Part shown: positions 40,884 through 51,083 of the stretch, one piece after another
How the letters are laid out: every line of letters begins with the position of its first letter
Position numbering within the stretch: the stretch's first letter is position 1
Virus record (IMG/VR): IMGVR_UViG_3300031952_000008
Location: 30,281-94,280 of that record
Reading direction: 5' to 3' (one strand)
Length of the DNA stretch: 64,000 bases
DNA from: a virus
Position numbers and translations under genes: made by a program
The notes under the pieces: generated by a model
The model's input: the letters and a program-made list of their open reading frames with translations, nothing else
What the model was told of the DNA's origin: nothing
Databases searched by the model: none

Positions 40884-41180
40884 ATGAGCGAAAAACAAAC
40901 AGAACATAAACAAGCAGAACAATTTGTGTTAGATATGTCAGCAATTAAGACAAAACAGCAAGAAGCGTCAGCAGAAGCAGTAAGCGTCTTTTTTTGTAAG
41001 AAAGACAGCACAGATTTAATAAGCAAAAATCTGTCAGAAACTAAAGCGTATCTTGAAAAGCACGAAACTGCTTTTTTGAATAGTCTTATTGCTATGAATA
41101 GTAATAAGAAATTAACTACTGACACGTTTCATTTGTTTTTGTCAGCAATAATTAAGCAAAAAGTTTTTGCTAAGCAGTAA
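40884..41180 (+). CDS. Small early protein, paralog A
   Basis: Own promoter and poly-T terminator; clearly homologous to 41573..41839. Confidence 0.8.
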   Translation: MSEKQTEHKQAEQFVLDMSAIKTKQQEASAEAVSVFFCKKDSTDLISKNLSETKAYLEKHETAFLNSLIAMNSNKKLTTDTFHLFLSAIIKQKVFAKQ

Positions 41181-41186
41181 AAAAAT

Positions 41187-41232
41187 ACTGCTTCTTTTTC
41201 TTTTTTTTTTCTTTATTTCTTTTCTATTTCTT
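41187..41232 (+). terminator. Oligo-T terminator
   Basis: Long T tracts directly after the stop codon. Confidence 0.7.
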
Positions 41233-41486
41233 AATTACTTTTAATACTACTTGAAACAATACTCTTTATTCTATTGATTAAACTACAAGACACGATACAA
41301 CATTAAACGGCGTTAATGTGGCACGCCTAATTGTTCGGATTTTCCTGTTTAGTAAATCAGTATAAGAATACAGCACACGCCACGCCACATCCACGCCACT
41401 CAATTGTTCTTCCGTGGTTATCTGAAAAACTCGGTTTACGCCGTGCCATTCCATACAATAGTCCTAACCCCTTATAAAGGGATAAT

Positions 41487-41501
41487 AGAAAGATTTATAT
41501 A
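41487..41501 (+). promoter_or_regulatory. BRE+TATA early promoter
   Basis: AGAAAGATTTATATA. Confidence 0.72.
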
Positions 41502-41572
41502 TTAGTCTTACTTCCTAACCTTTAAACTTCAGTATTTAACTTCTAAAGTTAATAAATACTGATTTAAGAAAA

Positions 41573-41839
41573 ATGTCAAATACCGAATTTAGTTTAGATT
41601 TAACGCAAGTTAAAGCAAAACAATTAGAGCAAAGTGCCGAACCTGTTAGTGCTTTCTTTTGTAAGAAAGATAACTCGGATTTAATAAGTAAGAATATGTC
41701 CGAGACTAAAGCCTATCTTGAAAAGCACGAGCCTGTTTTTATGAAAGCATTAGTAAGTTTGAACGATAACAAAAAACTTACCACAGATACTTTCCACACT
41801 CTTTTAAGTGCTGTAATAAAACAGAAAGTCTTTAAATAA
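41573..41839 (+). CDS. Small early protein, paralog B
   Basis: Shares FFCKKD..DLISKN.SETKAYLEKHE and NKKLTTDTFH with paralog A; followed by a T-tract. Confidence 0.8.
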   Translation: MSNTEFSLDLTQVKAKQLEQSAEPVSAFFCKKDNSDLISKNMSETKAYLEKHEPVFMKALVSLNDNKKLTTDTFHTLLSAVIKQKVFK

Positions 41840-42173
41840 GACTTTTTCTTTTTCTTTATTTTTTTAATCTTTTTCTCGGATTCTATCATTAAAGTCTATA
41901 AACACTATCCTTTAAAAACGAAGTGCCACGGCACATTCACACCACTCAATTCTTTGTGTTTGGTTATTTAAAAACCGAGCCGTGAAATACCATAACTGAA
42001 CCGAGGCCGTGCCTCTTAATTTTATATAAATCCGTGATTAACTTATAAATGACAACACGCTTTATATAAATGTTAAGAATTTATATAATTTATTAGCACA
42101 ACATATATATAGTAAGACTGCTTTACTACTTGTTAAAATGTGTTATAAATCAATAAAATCGGAGCGTGAAATT

Positions 42174-43676
42174 ATGAAAAATGTAGAAGCAGAAGAATTT
42201 GAAAATGACGAGCCACACGCAGAAAACTGCGAGTGTGCCGAATGTAAGAGTTTGATGTATATACAAGAAGTTAATAGTGTTGCCGATAAACTTAGCAAAT
42301 ACGAAATCAGTTTTTTATCCGATGTTCTAAAAACATTAAAATCAAGAGTGAAACAATGATTAAAGTCCTAATAGAACCGGAAAATAAGATAGTAGAAACA
42401 CAGCAAATAATACTCACAGAAAAAAGTTATCCTTCAGATAACCTTAAAATTTCTTTAAAGAACGGAAAATTGATGTTTAGAGTTCATATTGATGACCTCG
42501 GAAATACATTCAAATGTGATGTTTCCGAGTTCATAGATAGTTTAAAACAAATTGGAGCGTGGAATGTATGAGCGTAAAAGAAAATAAGTTAAGACAAAAA
42601 ATAGAGATTAGTGTGGAAAAGAGTGATACGGACTTTAATCCGATAATCACTTTTGTTAAGACAATAGCAGAAATGAACGGACAAAAGGTGGAAGGAACTA
42701 TTGAATCCTTTAATATTGAGGCATCAACCGATTGGTGTTCCAAACAAATAGAAAGGATTAATATAAACATCAAAACCGTCACCGAAGACCGTTTGTGCTT
42801 ACTTGATAGTAAGACAATAGAAATTAAGGGGAAGTAAAATTCCTCATTTTTTTTATTTTTTATAATCATAATTGGAGGTTATTAAAATGGAAGAATTGAA
42901 GATAGAGAATGTTAAGCAAGGAATTTGTAAGATTTCACAATTAGAAACAGGATTCGGAGAAAAACCTGATGTAATTGTGTTAGACATACAAGACTGGAAA
43001 AGGATAGGGAAAGTAATGCGGTGGGAACAATGGTAAAAGCAAAAATAGGAGACCATTTAACAAATGGTCTTGACTATAATCGTTCCGAGAATTGTAGTAT
43101 GAGTAAAGAACAAATAGTTAAATTAGTGGAAGACATTCTCGGAAAGAAACTTGTAGAACCTAAACTTAGCCGCTGGGGACTACGATGGAGCGGTATTAGT
43201 ATTAATGAACAAGAATTGGAGGAGGAACTAATATGAGAAAGAATCCATTAAAAGGAAAAATGTCTATACATCAGTTTAGTGGTGATAGAACAAACGAAGA
43301 AAAAAGGATAGGTAACAATTACTTAAATTGTAACTACGAAGAGGTAGAACAAAATGAAAATTGAAGTAAGATTTTTGACCGAAAGGAAAGGAAGACCAGT
43401 TCGTAAAGAACTGAACAAGGTAGGCTCCGTAATTGTCAGATTTATTGCTGACATTACAAAAAAAAGGCGAGATGTATGTCCAAAATAGAAAACCTTGGAC
43501 ATGGAGTAGAACGATTAGTGTTCAAAGTAGAACCTTTGGACGCACTCGTTTTAAAAGTAATCCAAGCAGATGTGGAACGCTTAAACATTATAAAAGATGT
43601 TACTAGTGTTCCGGAACCGGAAGTTCAGGAATTATATCCTGGAACTCCTTACTCTTGCGATTACTTAAAAGATTGA
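42174..43676 (+). other. Run of small early hypothetical ORFs (42174-42359, 42356-42571, 42568-42837, 43021-43236, 43476-43676 and shorter ones)
   Basis: Overlapping start/stop codons and RBSs; no recognisable domains. Confidence 0.55.
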
Positions 43677-43700
43677 TTGTTCTATAAAGGAACTACACCT

Positions 43701-43778
43701 CGGAAGGAAGGTATGGGTGGTCACGCTCTTCATACTTTCCTTCCGCCTTTTTCTTAAGACCTTTTACTTAAAAGGTCT
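43701..43778 (+). terminator. Two adjacent hairpins ending the early ORF run
   Basis: CGGAAGGAAGGTATG/CATACTTTCCTTCCG (15 bp, one G-U) followed by a T-run, then AGACCTTTT-ACTT-AAAAGGTCT. Confidence 0.65.
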
Positions 43779-44260
43779 CATTTAGATTATTGAAACGCTG
43801 TTCTTTAGTGCTGTTTGACTGCTGACATCAGAGTAATGAACGCAAACACGCACATCCTACAGCGAGATGAGCCACGGCCCCTACTATAAGATAGACTATA
43901 TTGAGTGGTGATAGTGTGTGCCGTGCCTTGTAAGAAGATTGTGGCGAACACGCACAGCACGGGGCCGTGCCTCGTAACTGATACGCCATACGGAGTAGTG
44001 TTACTACTGGAGAGTAGTTTATACTTTTTACTCCTGAATAGTAGTTACATTCACACCGCTTAATTCTTCCATGGGGGCTGTTTGAAAACTGGGCCGTGCC
44101 TTTTAAGGTTTCAAGGCTCTAAAAGTGGTGATTTTAGCCGCCGCCAGCCGTGCCTCTTAAGTTATCTCGGATGTTACTACTACATAGTGACTAAAAGAGT
44201 GTTGCCTCTATTAAGTAGTAAAATATTGTTGTTACTTTCAAGTGACAACTCCCGCAAAAT

Positions 44261-44275
44261 CGCAACATTTATATA
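44261..44275 (+). promoter_or_regulatory. BRE+TATA promoter
   Basis: CGCAACATTTATATA upstream of the gene at 44372. Confidence 0.6.
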
Positions 44276-44371
44276 GTAGTTATACTTAATGAATAGCGTA
44301 TTTATAAACCAGCGTTCAAAAGCGGTTTTATAGAATACCAAGAGAATTTAAACAAACCGAGGTGGTTTGAA

Positions 44372-44878
44372 ATGAGTAAAGGCAAAGAAAAGGAAGTAGT
44401 AGAGGTTGGTGTTGAGGAAGTTGTTGATATAAAATCAGCAACCAATCCAAAAAAAGGCAAAGTGGCTTTAACTTTGGATAACAAAGCAGTAGTCAATGTA
44501 GGAAGTAGCAAAGAAATTAGTGGTGGCGAAACCATTTTGGTCTCGGATTGGAATCCAGGACAGGCACCACACTTCAGTATTCCATTTGGCGTATTGACTG
44601 AATTAGTCAAAGCAGGAAAACTGATTCCTTTGGGAAAATATGGGGATGTGGATGTTGTTGATGCCGACGATGCTTTGGATATTGTAAAGTCCGCTGTTGA
44701 AAAGCAGTATGGAATAGAGTGGAAAGCAGGAAAGAGTGGAGCAACCAAGGCATACAAGGAAACCGCTGAGGCAGCCATTAAAATGGTTATGGACATGGCT
44801 AAGTGCGACAGAGCAGCCGCTTTGGAAAGGTTGAAGTCCTTTAAAGCAATAGGAAAAGAACTTCCAGAAGAGGAGTAA
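44372..44878 (+). CDS. Hypothetical protein (monocistronic, probably abundant)
   Basis: GAGGTGG RBS, own promoter and T-tract terminator. Confidence 0.75.
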   Translation: MSKGKEKEVVEVGVEEVVDIKSATNPKKGKVALTLDNKAVVNVGSSKEISGGETILVSDWNPGQAPHFSIPFGVLTELVKAGKLIPLGKYGDVDVVDADDALDIVKSAVEKQYGIEWKAGKSGATKAYKETAEAAIKMVMDMAKCDRAAALERLKSFKAIGKELPEEE

Positions 44879-44930
44879 ATACTCCTCAATTTTTTTTTCT
44901 TTAAACCCAGAGCCGTGTTATGGCTCGGGT

Positions 44931-45242
44931 TTATACATTATTTGCCGAAACAAATCCTGAATTCTTTACCATTAACTGGTTTAAATAAGTATCTAATTCT
45001 TTTTTAATCGTCGCCCAAATGGCATTAGCATAAGGTTCTACCATTTTCTCTGCCAGTTGTTGCGCCCTAAAATCTAAATCCTTCTTAACAGATTGTAACC
45101 TTGCCTCCACACTTTCCGGGTCAATAATACACAATTTCAAACCAACATATTTCTTATTAAGCCGTATATGACCACTATTTCCACACTTCTCAACCATGTA
45201 ATGGTCTTCCGTATTTCTAAAGTCTTCATATAAGTTTTCCAT
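44931..45242 (-). CDS. DUF2080-like (AbrB-type) small DNA-binding protein
   Basis: VEKCGNSGHIRLNKKYVGLKLCII resembles the archaeal V..FGNSAHV.LPK.WIG.KV pattern; GAGGTGG RBS. Confidence 0.6.
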   Translation of the reverse strand: MENLYEDFRNTEDHYMVEKCGNSGHIRLNKKYVGLKLCIIDPESVEARLQSVKKDLDFRAQQLAEKMVEPYANAIWATIKKELDTYLNQLMVKNSGFVSANNV

Positions 45243-45568
45243 AATCCACCACCTCAATGTACTACATTGTCCTTAATTAAGTACATTGTAATACATAATG
45301 TAAGTTCCGATATATAAATGCTTGTATTACACGCCACGCCGCACTGCCGCCAGTTAATTCTCATTATTCGCCTGTTTAATAACCGTGGCTCGTAATGTAG
45401 GTTCCGAACGTACGCCGAGCCGTGAAATAACTGGCCGAGCCGTGTAATGTCATACAATGTAGTACCAGCGACGACGAACTAGGCCGTGGAATGACATTAT
45501 GACACCACAACCGAAACAATATATGTTCCTTATACAGAAGAAAAGACCAGCGGAACAGGCACAGATAC

Positions 45569-45625
45569 TACCTTATGACCTACCTTATGACTATTATTTT
45601 ACCTTATACCTGTTTAATACCTTAT
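45569..45625 (+). repeat. Four TACCTTAT direct repeats
   Basis: Copies at 45569, 45581, 45600 and 45618. Confidence 0.65.
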
Positions 45626-45808
45626 ATTACTTGGTATTCCTATATATATGGTATTTTTTATTGTGTTGCGGAAAGTTCCGAAGTTCCGAACCTTTTCCTG
45701 ATTAATAGGAAAGAGGAATAAGTTGTTCAATAGTGGGTTTTGTTGTTTGGAAATCGTAAAATCCTTGTTTGGATGTTACTACTCAATAGTAATAGAACTT
45801 AACAAAAA

Positions 45809-45823
45809 CGAAAGATTTATATA
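45809..45823 (+). promoter_or_regulatory. BRE+TATA promoter heading the long early operon
   Basis: CGAAAGATTTATATA. Confidence 0.75.
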
Positions 45824-46027
45824 CTCAAGACACTCAGATATTAGTATAGTGTTTCGGAAGAAAAGAAAGAGGGAAATCACGAAAGAGGTGATTTCTTAAA
45901 GAGGTTAGTTTGATGGTAAAAGTGAAGAGGATATCATCTTATAGGTTAAATGACTGGCTTGTGGAAGCCATATTCTCTTTAATTATTCTATCCTTATTTT
46001 TGGTAAAAGAAGTTGAGGTGATTTTAT

Positions 46028-47240
46028 ATGGTATGTGAATGGTGCGGAAATGTAAAGGCAGAAATGTTCTGCGATAGTAATTGTGCCTATAACCTACTGG
46101 TTATCCTTAGGCAGTTAGCAAAATACCGGAATATGGTTCCTTTAAGTGATAAGGACTCTAAAATGTTGGAGTTACTGGAACAAGTTAATCCTCGTCCCAC
46201 TTTCAAAAGAGGCGATGGAACGGTTAATGAAGTGGTGGTTGAAAATGGATAATTGTCCTAAATGTAAAACATCCTTGTTTCCCAAAGATATTGTTATGAG
46301 AGTAAGGTGTATTATAGGCTTAAAAGATTATAATTTTCTGGGTATTTTACCATTAACTAAAGGAATTTTTCGTTGTGAGATATGGTATAGATGTCCTAAA
46401 TGTTTTAAGGTAATTAAGGAACGGTGGAACGAATGAAATACAAGGATGGTATGCGAGACCACTTTATCAAAGTAGCACACTTGGAAACTATCAAGGTTAT
46501 CAAGGATAAAATCACACCTAAAGTTGTAGATTATATCTTGACCACGCCCATATACCAGCCGCCAGAGATACAAATGCCTTTAATGGATTATATCCTGGCG
46601 GTTTATGATAATTCAATAATGGGTTGGAAGTTGTATAAGGAAGTGTTCAGCCAACGGATAGGAGATTACTTAATAGGGCTACCAATTCCTATAATAAAGA
46701 CCGTGGGTTCCAGTCATATTCCAATTCAGGCACGTAGACCGTTTGGAACTATAATAAATAAGGATGGAATAAAGGTTAGTAGTTAAAAATCTTGTATGGA
46801 GAAGTTATTCTCCTAAAGCCATTATTCATAATGGCTAAATTGGCTTATTTCTGTTGTTTAGAAATCCTTGTTTTCAATTTAAGGATTCGGTGAGATAATA
46901 TGGGTATGAAAATAAAAAAATGTTGTAAAATAATAGGGAATATACATTCAACCATCACTCCTAATGGTGTGATGCTTTTTGATACTGATGGTTTAAGCAA
47001 TTTTAAATATTGTCCTTTTTGTGGAAGTAGAATAAAGATTAAGGTGAGAAAATGAAATTCAAGTATTATTTTTATTCCTATGATAGAAAAAGAAAACTAA
47101 AAATAGGAGATAGAATAAAAAACGGAGAAGATGTATTGTTTTATAAAGAAAGTGAAGGCTATTTAAGTTTAGGAAACGATAATCTTATACCACAAATATT
47201 AAAAGGCAATAAAATAGTTACAGATGAGGTGAGAAAATGA
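46028..47240 (+). other. Small early ORFs, several with CxxC zinc ribbons (46028-46252, 46245-46436, 46433-46786, 47052-47240)
   Basis: RBSs, overlaps and CxxC pairs. Confidence 0.55.
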
Positions 47241-47569
47241 CAAAATTTACCTGTAATTGTATAAGTTTCCAAAGACATAAAACCTGTAAGCATATCAAAA
47301 TAGCGGAACTAAATATGCCAGACTTTTTAAAAAACAAGAAGGAATACAAAATCATAGTATCGGAAGTAGTAACAAAACAAGTAAAACCACTAACTTCATT
47401 AGAAAGGGTATTAGTTGACCTTCCATTTATGTTATTATTAACAATAATTGTTTTATGTTATTTTCTAAGTGGTTATGAAAAATGGTATGGTTTTCTTCTT
47501 GGATTTTCATTTATATCCGTTATGAGATGGTATCATAATTCAATAAATAAAATGGAGAGGAGGGCTTAA
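47237..47569 (+). CDS. SWIM zinc finger with two TM helices
   Basis: CNC...CKH; hydrophobic C-terminal half. Confidence 0.65.
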   Translation: MTKFTCNCISFQRHKTCKHIKIAELNMPDFLKNKKEYKIIVSEVVTKQVKPLTSLERVLVDLPFMLLLTIIVLCYFLSGYEKWYGFLLGFSFISVMRWYHNSINKMERRA

Positions 47570-47570
47570 A

Positions 47571-48284
47571 ATGAAAGATTTTAATGGTAATGAACTAAGG
47601 GTTGGGGATAGGGTAGAGAAGGCAAGAGAATATAAACCATATTTTTATTGTAGATTTGGTGGTGGAGCAACCGAGGTTCCGATAGGAAGTAGAGGAACGA
47701 TAGAAAAGATATACGCCGATGAAACTCTTTGGGTTAGGTTTGATAATAAAAAGTGTTGGCAGATTGATAGAGATGAACTAAACCGTGTTTATACCGAACA
47801 AGATTTCAAGAAAGACCTTGATTATGTTTTGGATAGTGTAGGTAATAAAATAAGGGCTGGGGATATGGTGGAAAGAATAAATAGTCATCATGGAAGATAT
47901 GGAAGAGGTGACATATTTAAGGTTAAACTATTAAATCCTCATGATAGTTGCCCAATAATAGATGATGAAAATTACAGCCACGAAATTGCTAACATAAGAT
48001 TAGTGGTAAAAAACACTATTGTTAAAGGTGATGTGGTGCCAAATAATGTTTGTAAATACATAAATTTAACGGAGGGAACTAAGATGGAATTGAAAGACAT
48101 GAAAAAGGATAACATAAAGGAAGCAAAGAAGAAGTTTCAGGAAGAAACAACCAATGCAGAAATAGAAGAGGCTAAAAGTAAGTTGCGGTATGCGACGGAT
48201 AGCATACTAGCCATAGACCGAGATATTAAAAGGTTGGAAGACTCTAAAAAGCCGCACCTAGAAATTTTGGAACATTTTAAATAA
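47571..48284 (+). CDS. Tandem KOW/SH3-like domains plus C-terminal coiled coil
   Basis: D.NGNELRVGDRVE and DSVGNKIRAGDMVE; first domain is homologous to 49611..49925. Confidence 0.65.
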   Translation: MKDFNGNELRVGDRVEKAREYKPYFYCRFGGGATEVPIGSRGTIEKIYADETLWVRFDNKKCWQIDRDELNRVYTEQDFKKDLDYVLDSVGNKIRAGDMVERINSHHGRYGRGDIFKVKLLNPHDSCPIIDDENYSHEIANIRLVVKNTIVKGDVVPNNVCKYINLTEGTKMELKDMKKDNIKEAKKKFQEETTNAEIEEAKSKLRYATDSILAIDRDIKRLEDSKKPHLEILEHFK

Positions 48285-48330
48285 ACGTGTTCCTTTTTTT
48301 TTCTTTTTTTAATGTAGTTTGGAGGCTAAA

Positions 48331-48801
48331 ATGATAACAGACCCAGTATTAAAAGAAATAGTAAGTAAAGCCCTTAAAGAAGGTAATTTTGGAACACCAA
48401 CATTCACAGCCACTTATAAAGGAAAAGAAAAACGTGAAGGCAAATGCTTGGTTACTTTCTATAAAGGAAGTCGTTATGCCTCATTTCAAAAAGGTGATGA
48501 TTACACGGTTTTCAAAATAAGCTGTTTCGTAACGGATAAGATAGTAATTAGTGGAAAACGATGTGTTGGAAGAACATGGGTTAAACTGGACGAAGAAGAT
48601 GTGGTTAATGCTAAACTGGTTAAAATCCTAAGGAGCATACGAAAACAAGATTTTTGGACTTGGATGAGCAAATGGAAAGAACCCGAAGAGGTAATTAAGG
48701 AAATACAAACCTGGGACCTTTCCACTAAAAGAGATGCTATTAAGGAATTGGGTCAGTATGTTCAAAAGAGGCACGAGTATGGAATTCTCACTATCCGTTA
48801 A
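48331..48801 (+). CDS. Hypothetical protein
   Basis: GGAGG RBS. Confidence 0.6.
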   Translation: MITDPVLKEIVSKALKEGNFGTPTFTATYKGKEKREGKCLVTFYKGSRYASFQKGDDYTVFKISCFVTDKIVISGKRCVGRTWVKLDEEDVVNAKLVKILRSIRKQDFWTWMSKWKEPEEVIKEIQTWDLSTKRDAIKELGQYVQKRHEYGILTIR

Positions 48802-48969
48802 ACTTAAACCAAAGAAAAAGAAGGAATTTATTTCCAAAAAAGAGGTAAAGGTTTCTAAAGGAATTGGAAAGATTATGCCGTTTAGAAAACCAAGTATGAG
48901 AATTAAGGATTCGGTAATAAACAAGTTACCTAGTTAGTCTGATAAAATGAAAGAGTATGGTGTATCATA

Positions 48970-49254
48970 ATGGAACAAATAGAGTTTAAATTGTCGGATT
49001 TTGAAAAAGAAGGTATAGAAAAGAGATTATTACCTTTTATTGATGTATTACATTCAAAGGCATCAGGGTTTAAGAATGGAACTGATGGCTATAAGAAATG
49101 TTATAAAGATGAGGATACTTTTGTTACCAAACATATTAAGTCAAAAGGAATAAAAGATGAGGAAGAAATGGTAACTTCTATAATAGTCAATTATGATAAA
49201 GAAGGTTTAAAAATGATTCAAGAAGCCGCAAAAGAGGTAGAAAATAGTGGTTAA
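48970..49254 (+). CDS. Hypothetical protein
   Basis: ORF track; coupled to the next gene. Confidence 0.55.
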   Translation: MEQIEFKLSDFEKEGIEKRLLPFIDVLHSKASGFKNGTDGYKKCYKDEDTFVTKHIKSKGIKDEEEMVTSIIVNYDKEGLKMIQEAAKEVENSG

Positions 49255-49504
49255 GTTAGAAAATATAAAAATTGGACAAAAATATAAAGTAACAGGGTCT
49301 ATTGGAGAATGTTGGGCCAATAAGAAATGCAAGGATTGTTCGCCCTTCAAAGAAGGAGTAGTTGCTGAAAAAATAAATCCAGGACATGATACCTATAGCA
49401 ATAGAATAGTTTTTTGTAAAGGCATTACTGGTGGTCAATGTCATTTTAATCCTTTAGATTTAGAACCTTTTAATAAAAAATTGTTTGATTTGGAGATAAA
49501 ATGA
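49247..49504 (+). CDS. LMDL-tail family protein 1 (KKLFDLEIK)
   Basis: KOW-like start IKIGQKYKV; C-terminal motif variant. Confidence 0.7.
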   Translation: MVKLENIKIGQKYKVTGSIGECWANKKCKDCSPFKEGVVAEKINPGHDTYSNRIVFCKGITGGQCHFNPLDLEPFNKKLFDLEIK

Positions 49505-49610
49505 AAAACATAATTACATTACCATTTAGATTTATTAAAGGATTAATATTTAACTATGATATTTATGAAACCTTTAAATGGAATTGTAAATGTGTTTGGA
49601 ATGGTATAAA

Positions 49611-49925
49611 ATGAGTTTCAAAAAAGGAGATAGGGTTATTAAAGCAAGACCTTTTAGGAAGGATAAGTATTGTAAATGGGGAGGAGATAAAGCATATGTT
49701 CCTATAGGAACTAAAGGAACAATAACCCAAATTTCCGATATAAATGATGCCAAAGTTAGTTTTGATAATGGACTACGTTGGAGTGTTAGTCAGGAAGAAC
49801 TTGACCCATATAAAAGTAGTTTAATGGATTTAGAATATAAAGAGACCCCAAAAGTTCCAGAAATAAATTATTCGGATGATGAAGATGAAGAAGAACCAGA
49901 AGAAGAATGGCATGATGAAGACTAA
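49611..49925 (+). CDS. LMDL-tail family protein 2 (SSLMDLEYK plus acidic tail)
   Basis: FKKGDRV start. Confidence 0.7.
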   Translation: MSFKKGDRVIKARPFRKDKYCKWGGDKAYVPIGTKGTITQISDINDAKVSFDNGLRWSVSQEELDPYKSSLMDLEYKETPKVPEINYSDDEDEEEPEEEWHDED

Positions 49926-50038
49926 TAGTTGCCCAAGAGGAATGGAAGTTAAAAGCTGTGGCGATTGCCCATTATATATGGATAGTTGTAGGGGTAATGA
50001 AGCACAATGGGAATTAGAAGAATTGGAGGAGATTAATA

Positions 50039-50287
50039 ATGGCCCGTTTATTGCAGGATGAAAAAGTTAATGTAGGAGATAAGGTTATGCTAATAGATGA
50101 TGAACCTAACCAAAATCTTATAAAAAGAATATACGGGTTAAACCCTGTCATTGTTTTTAATACAATATATACCATTAAAGGATTTGATGATACTCTTATA
50201 CTTACAGAACCTAATATAGATGGTTATCTTTGTAAAATCAGATTTAGAAAGGCATTAATTAACCTAATGGATTTGGTAATAAAATGA
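50039..50287 (+). CDS. LMDL-tail family protein 3
   Basis: VNVGDKV; ends INLMDLVIK. Confidence 0.72.
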   Translation: MARLLQDEKVNVGDKVMLIDDEPNQNLIKRIYGLNPVIVFNTIYTIKGFDDTLILTEPNIDGYLCKIRFRKALINLMDLVIK

Positions 50288-50565
50288 TAGAAATTAAAGA
50301 TACCAAGATAAGAGTTAAGGATAGTAAAGAAAGTGCTCTTGTCCAGAAAAAGTTATTTAGTTTAGGATGTAGATGGGATAATAGAATAGAACAAGAACAA
50401 CGGTTAAAATTTTTAAGTTGTCCTTTCCTTTATATATCTAACGATTTAAGTTTAGGATATACAGACCATGGTAGTGACCATTTCTTTAGTATCCATAGAA
50501 ATAAAGAAATAACGGTTAAAGATTTATTATGTCCTAAGACATTAATGGATTTAGAGGTGAAATAA
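50284..50565 (+). CDS. LMDL-tail family protein 4 (non-KOW body)
   Basis: Ends PKTLMDLEVK. Confidence 0.72.
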   Translation: MIEIKDTKIRVKDSKESALVQKKLFSLGCRWDNRIEQEQRLKFLSCPFLYISNDLSLGYTDHGSDHFFSIHRNKEITVKDLLCPKTLMDLEVK

Positions 50566-50566
50566 T

Positions 50567-50857
50567 ATGACTTGGTTATGCTTGGCTTGTGGAAACAAAG
50601 AAGAATTTAAAGGATATTGTAACGGAACCTGTAGTTATACTGAAAGGGCTTACTTTGATGGAGAAGGAAGTGTTACAGAAACCACCGATTGCGATTATGA
50701 TAATTATGATGGTAATGATAGTGAGGTTGAAGAATGTGGTGTTTGTGGTAGTTGTGATATTCAATGTTTTGATACCAAAGAAGAAGCAGATGAGGCTTAT
50801 AAACTAAATAAGAAACCAAAGACTTTAATGAGTTTAGAGGTTAAAGATGACTCCTGA
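50567..50857 (+). CDS. LMDL-tail family protein 5 (acidic zinc-ribbon body)
   Basis: CLAC...CGVC; ends PKTLMSLEVKDDS. Confidence 0.7.
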   Translation: MTWLCLACGNKEEFKGYCNGTCSYTERAYFDGEGSVTETTDCDYDNYDGNDSEVEECGVCGSCDIQCFDTKEEADEAYKLNKKPKTLMSLEVKDDS

Positions 50858-51083
50858 AGAATTTAAAAATCTTAAGATAGGGGACGAATTAGTCTCCGTA
50901 AATGATGTTCCTTTCTTTACAAGAGGGATTAGAGTGGTAGTTAAAAGTATTAGTGAATGGGGACCACGAATTGAAGGAATAAAAAATGGTAAAGTATATG
51001 ATAAAGGTATTCCAGATGTGTATATGGATTATTATGAATTGATAAAAAAGAGACCTAAAACGTTGATGGACTTAAAAGTATGA
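50847..51083 (+). CDS. LMDL-tail family protein 6
   Basis: LKIGDEL; ends PKTLMDLKV. Confidence 0.72.
   Translation: MTPEEFKNLKIGDELVSVNDVPFFTRGIRVVVKSISEWGPRIEGIKNGKVYDKGIPDVYMDYYELIKKRPKTLMDLKV

Larger units (their letters stand above)
40774..45488. repeat. Dispersed GCCGTG(CC) motif cluster
   Basis: Copies near 40775, 41440, 41926 (reverse), 41979, 42006, 43873 (reverse), 43920, 43964, 44093, 44147, 44912, 45419, 45438 and 45483. Exact 15-mer CCGAGCCGTGAAATA at 41975 and 45415. Confidence 0.8.
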
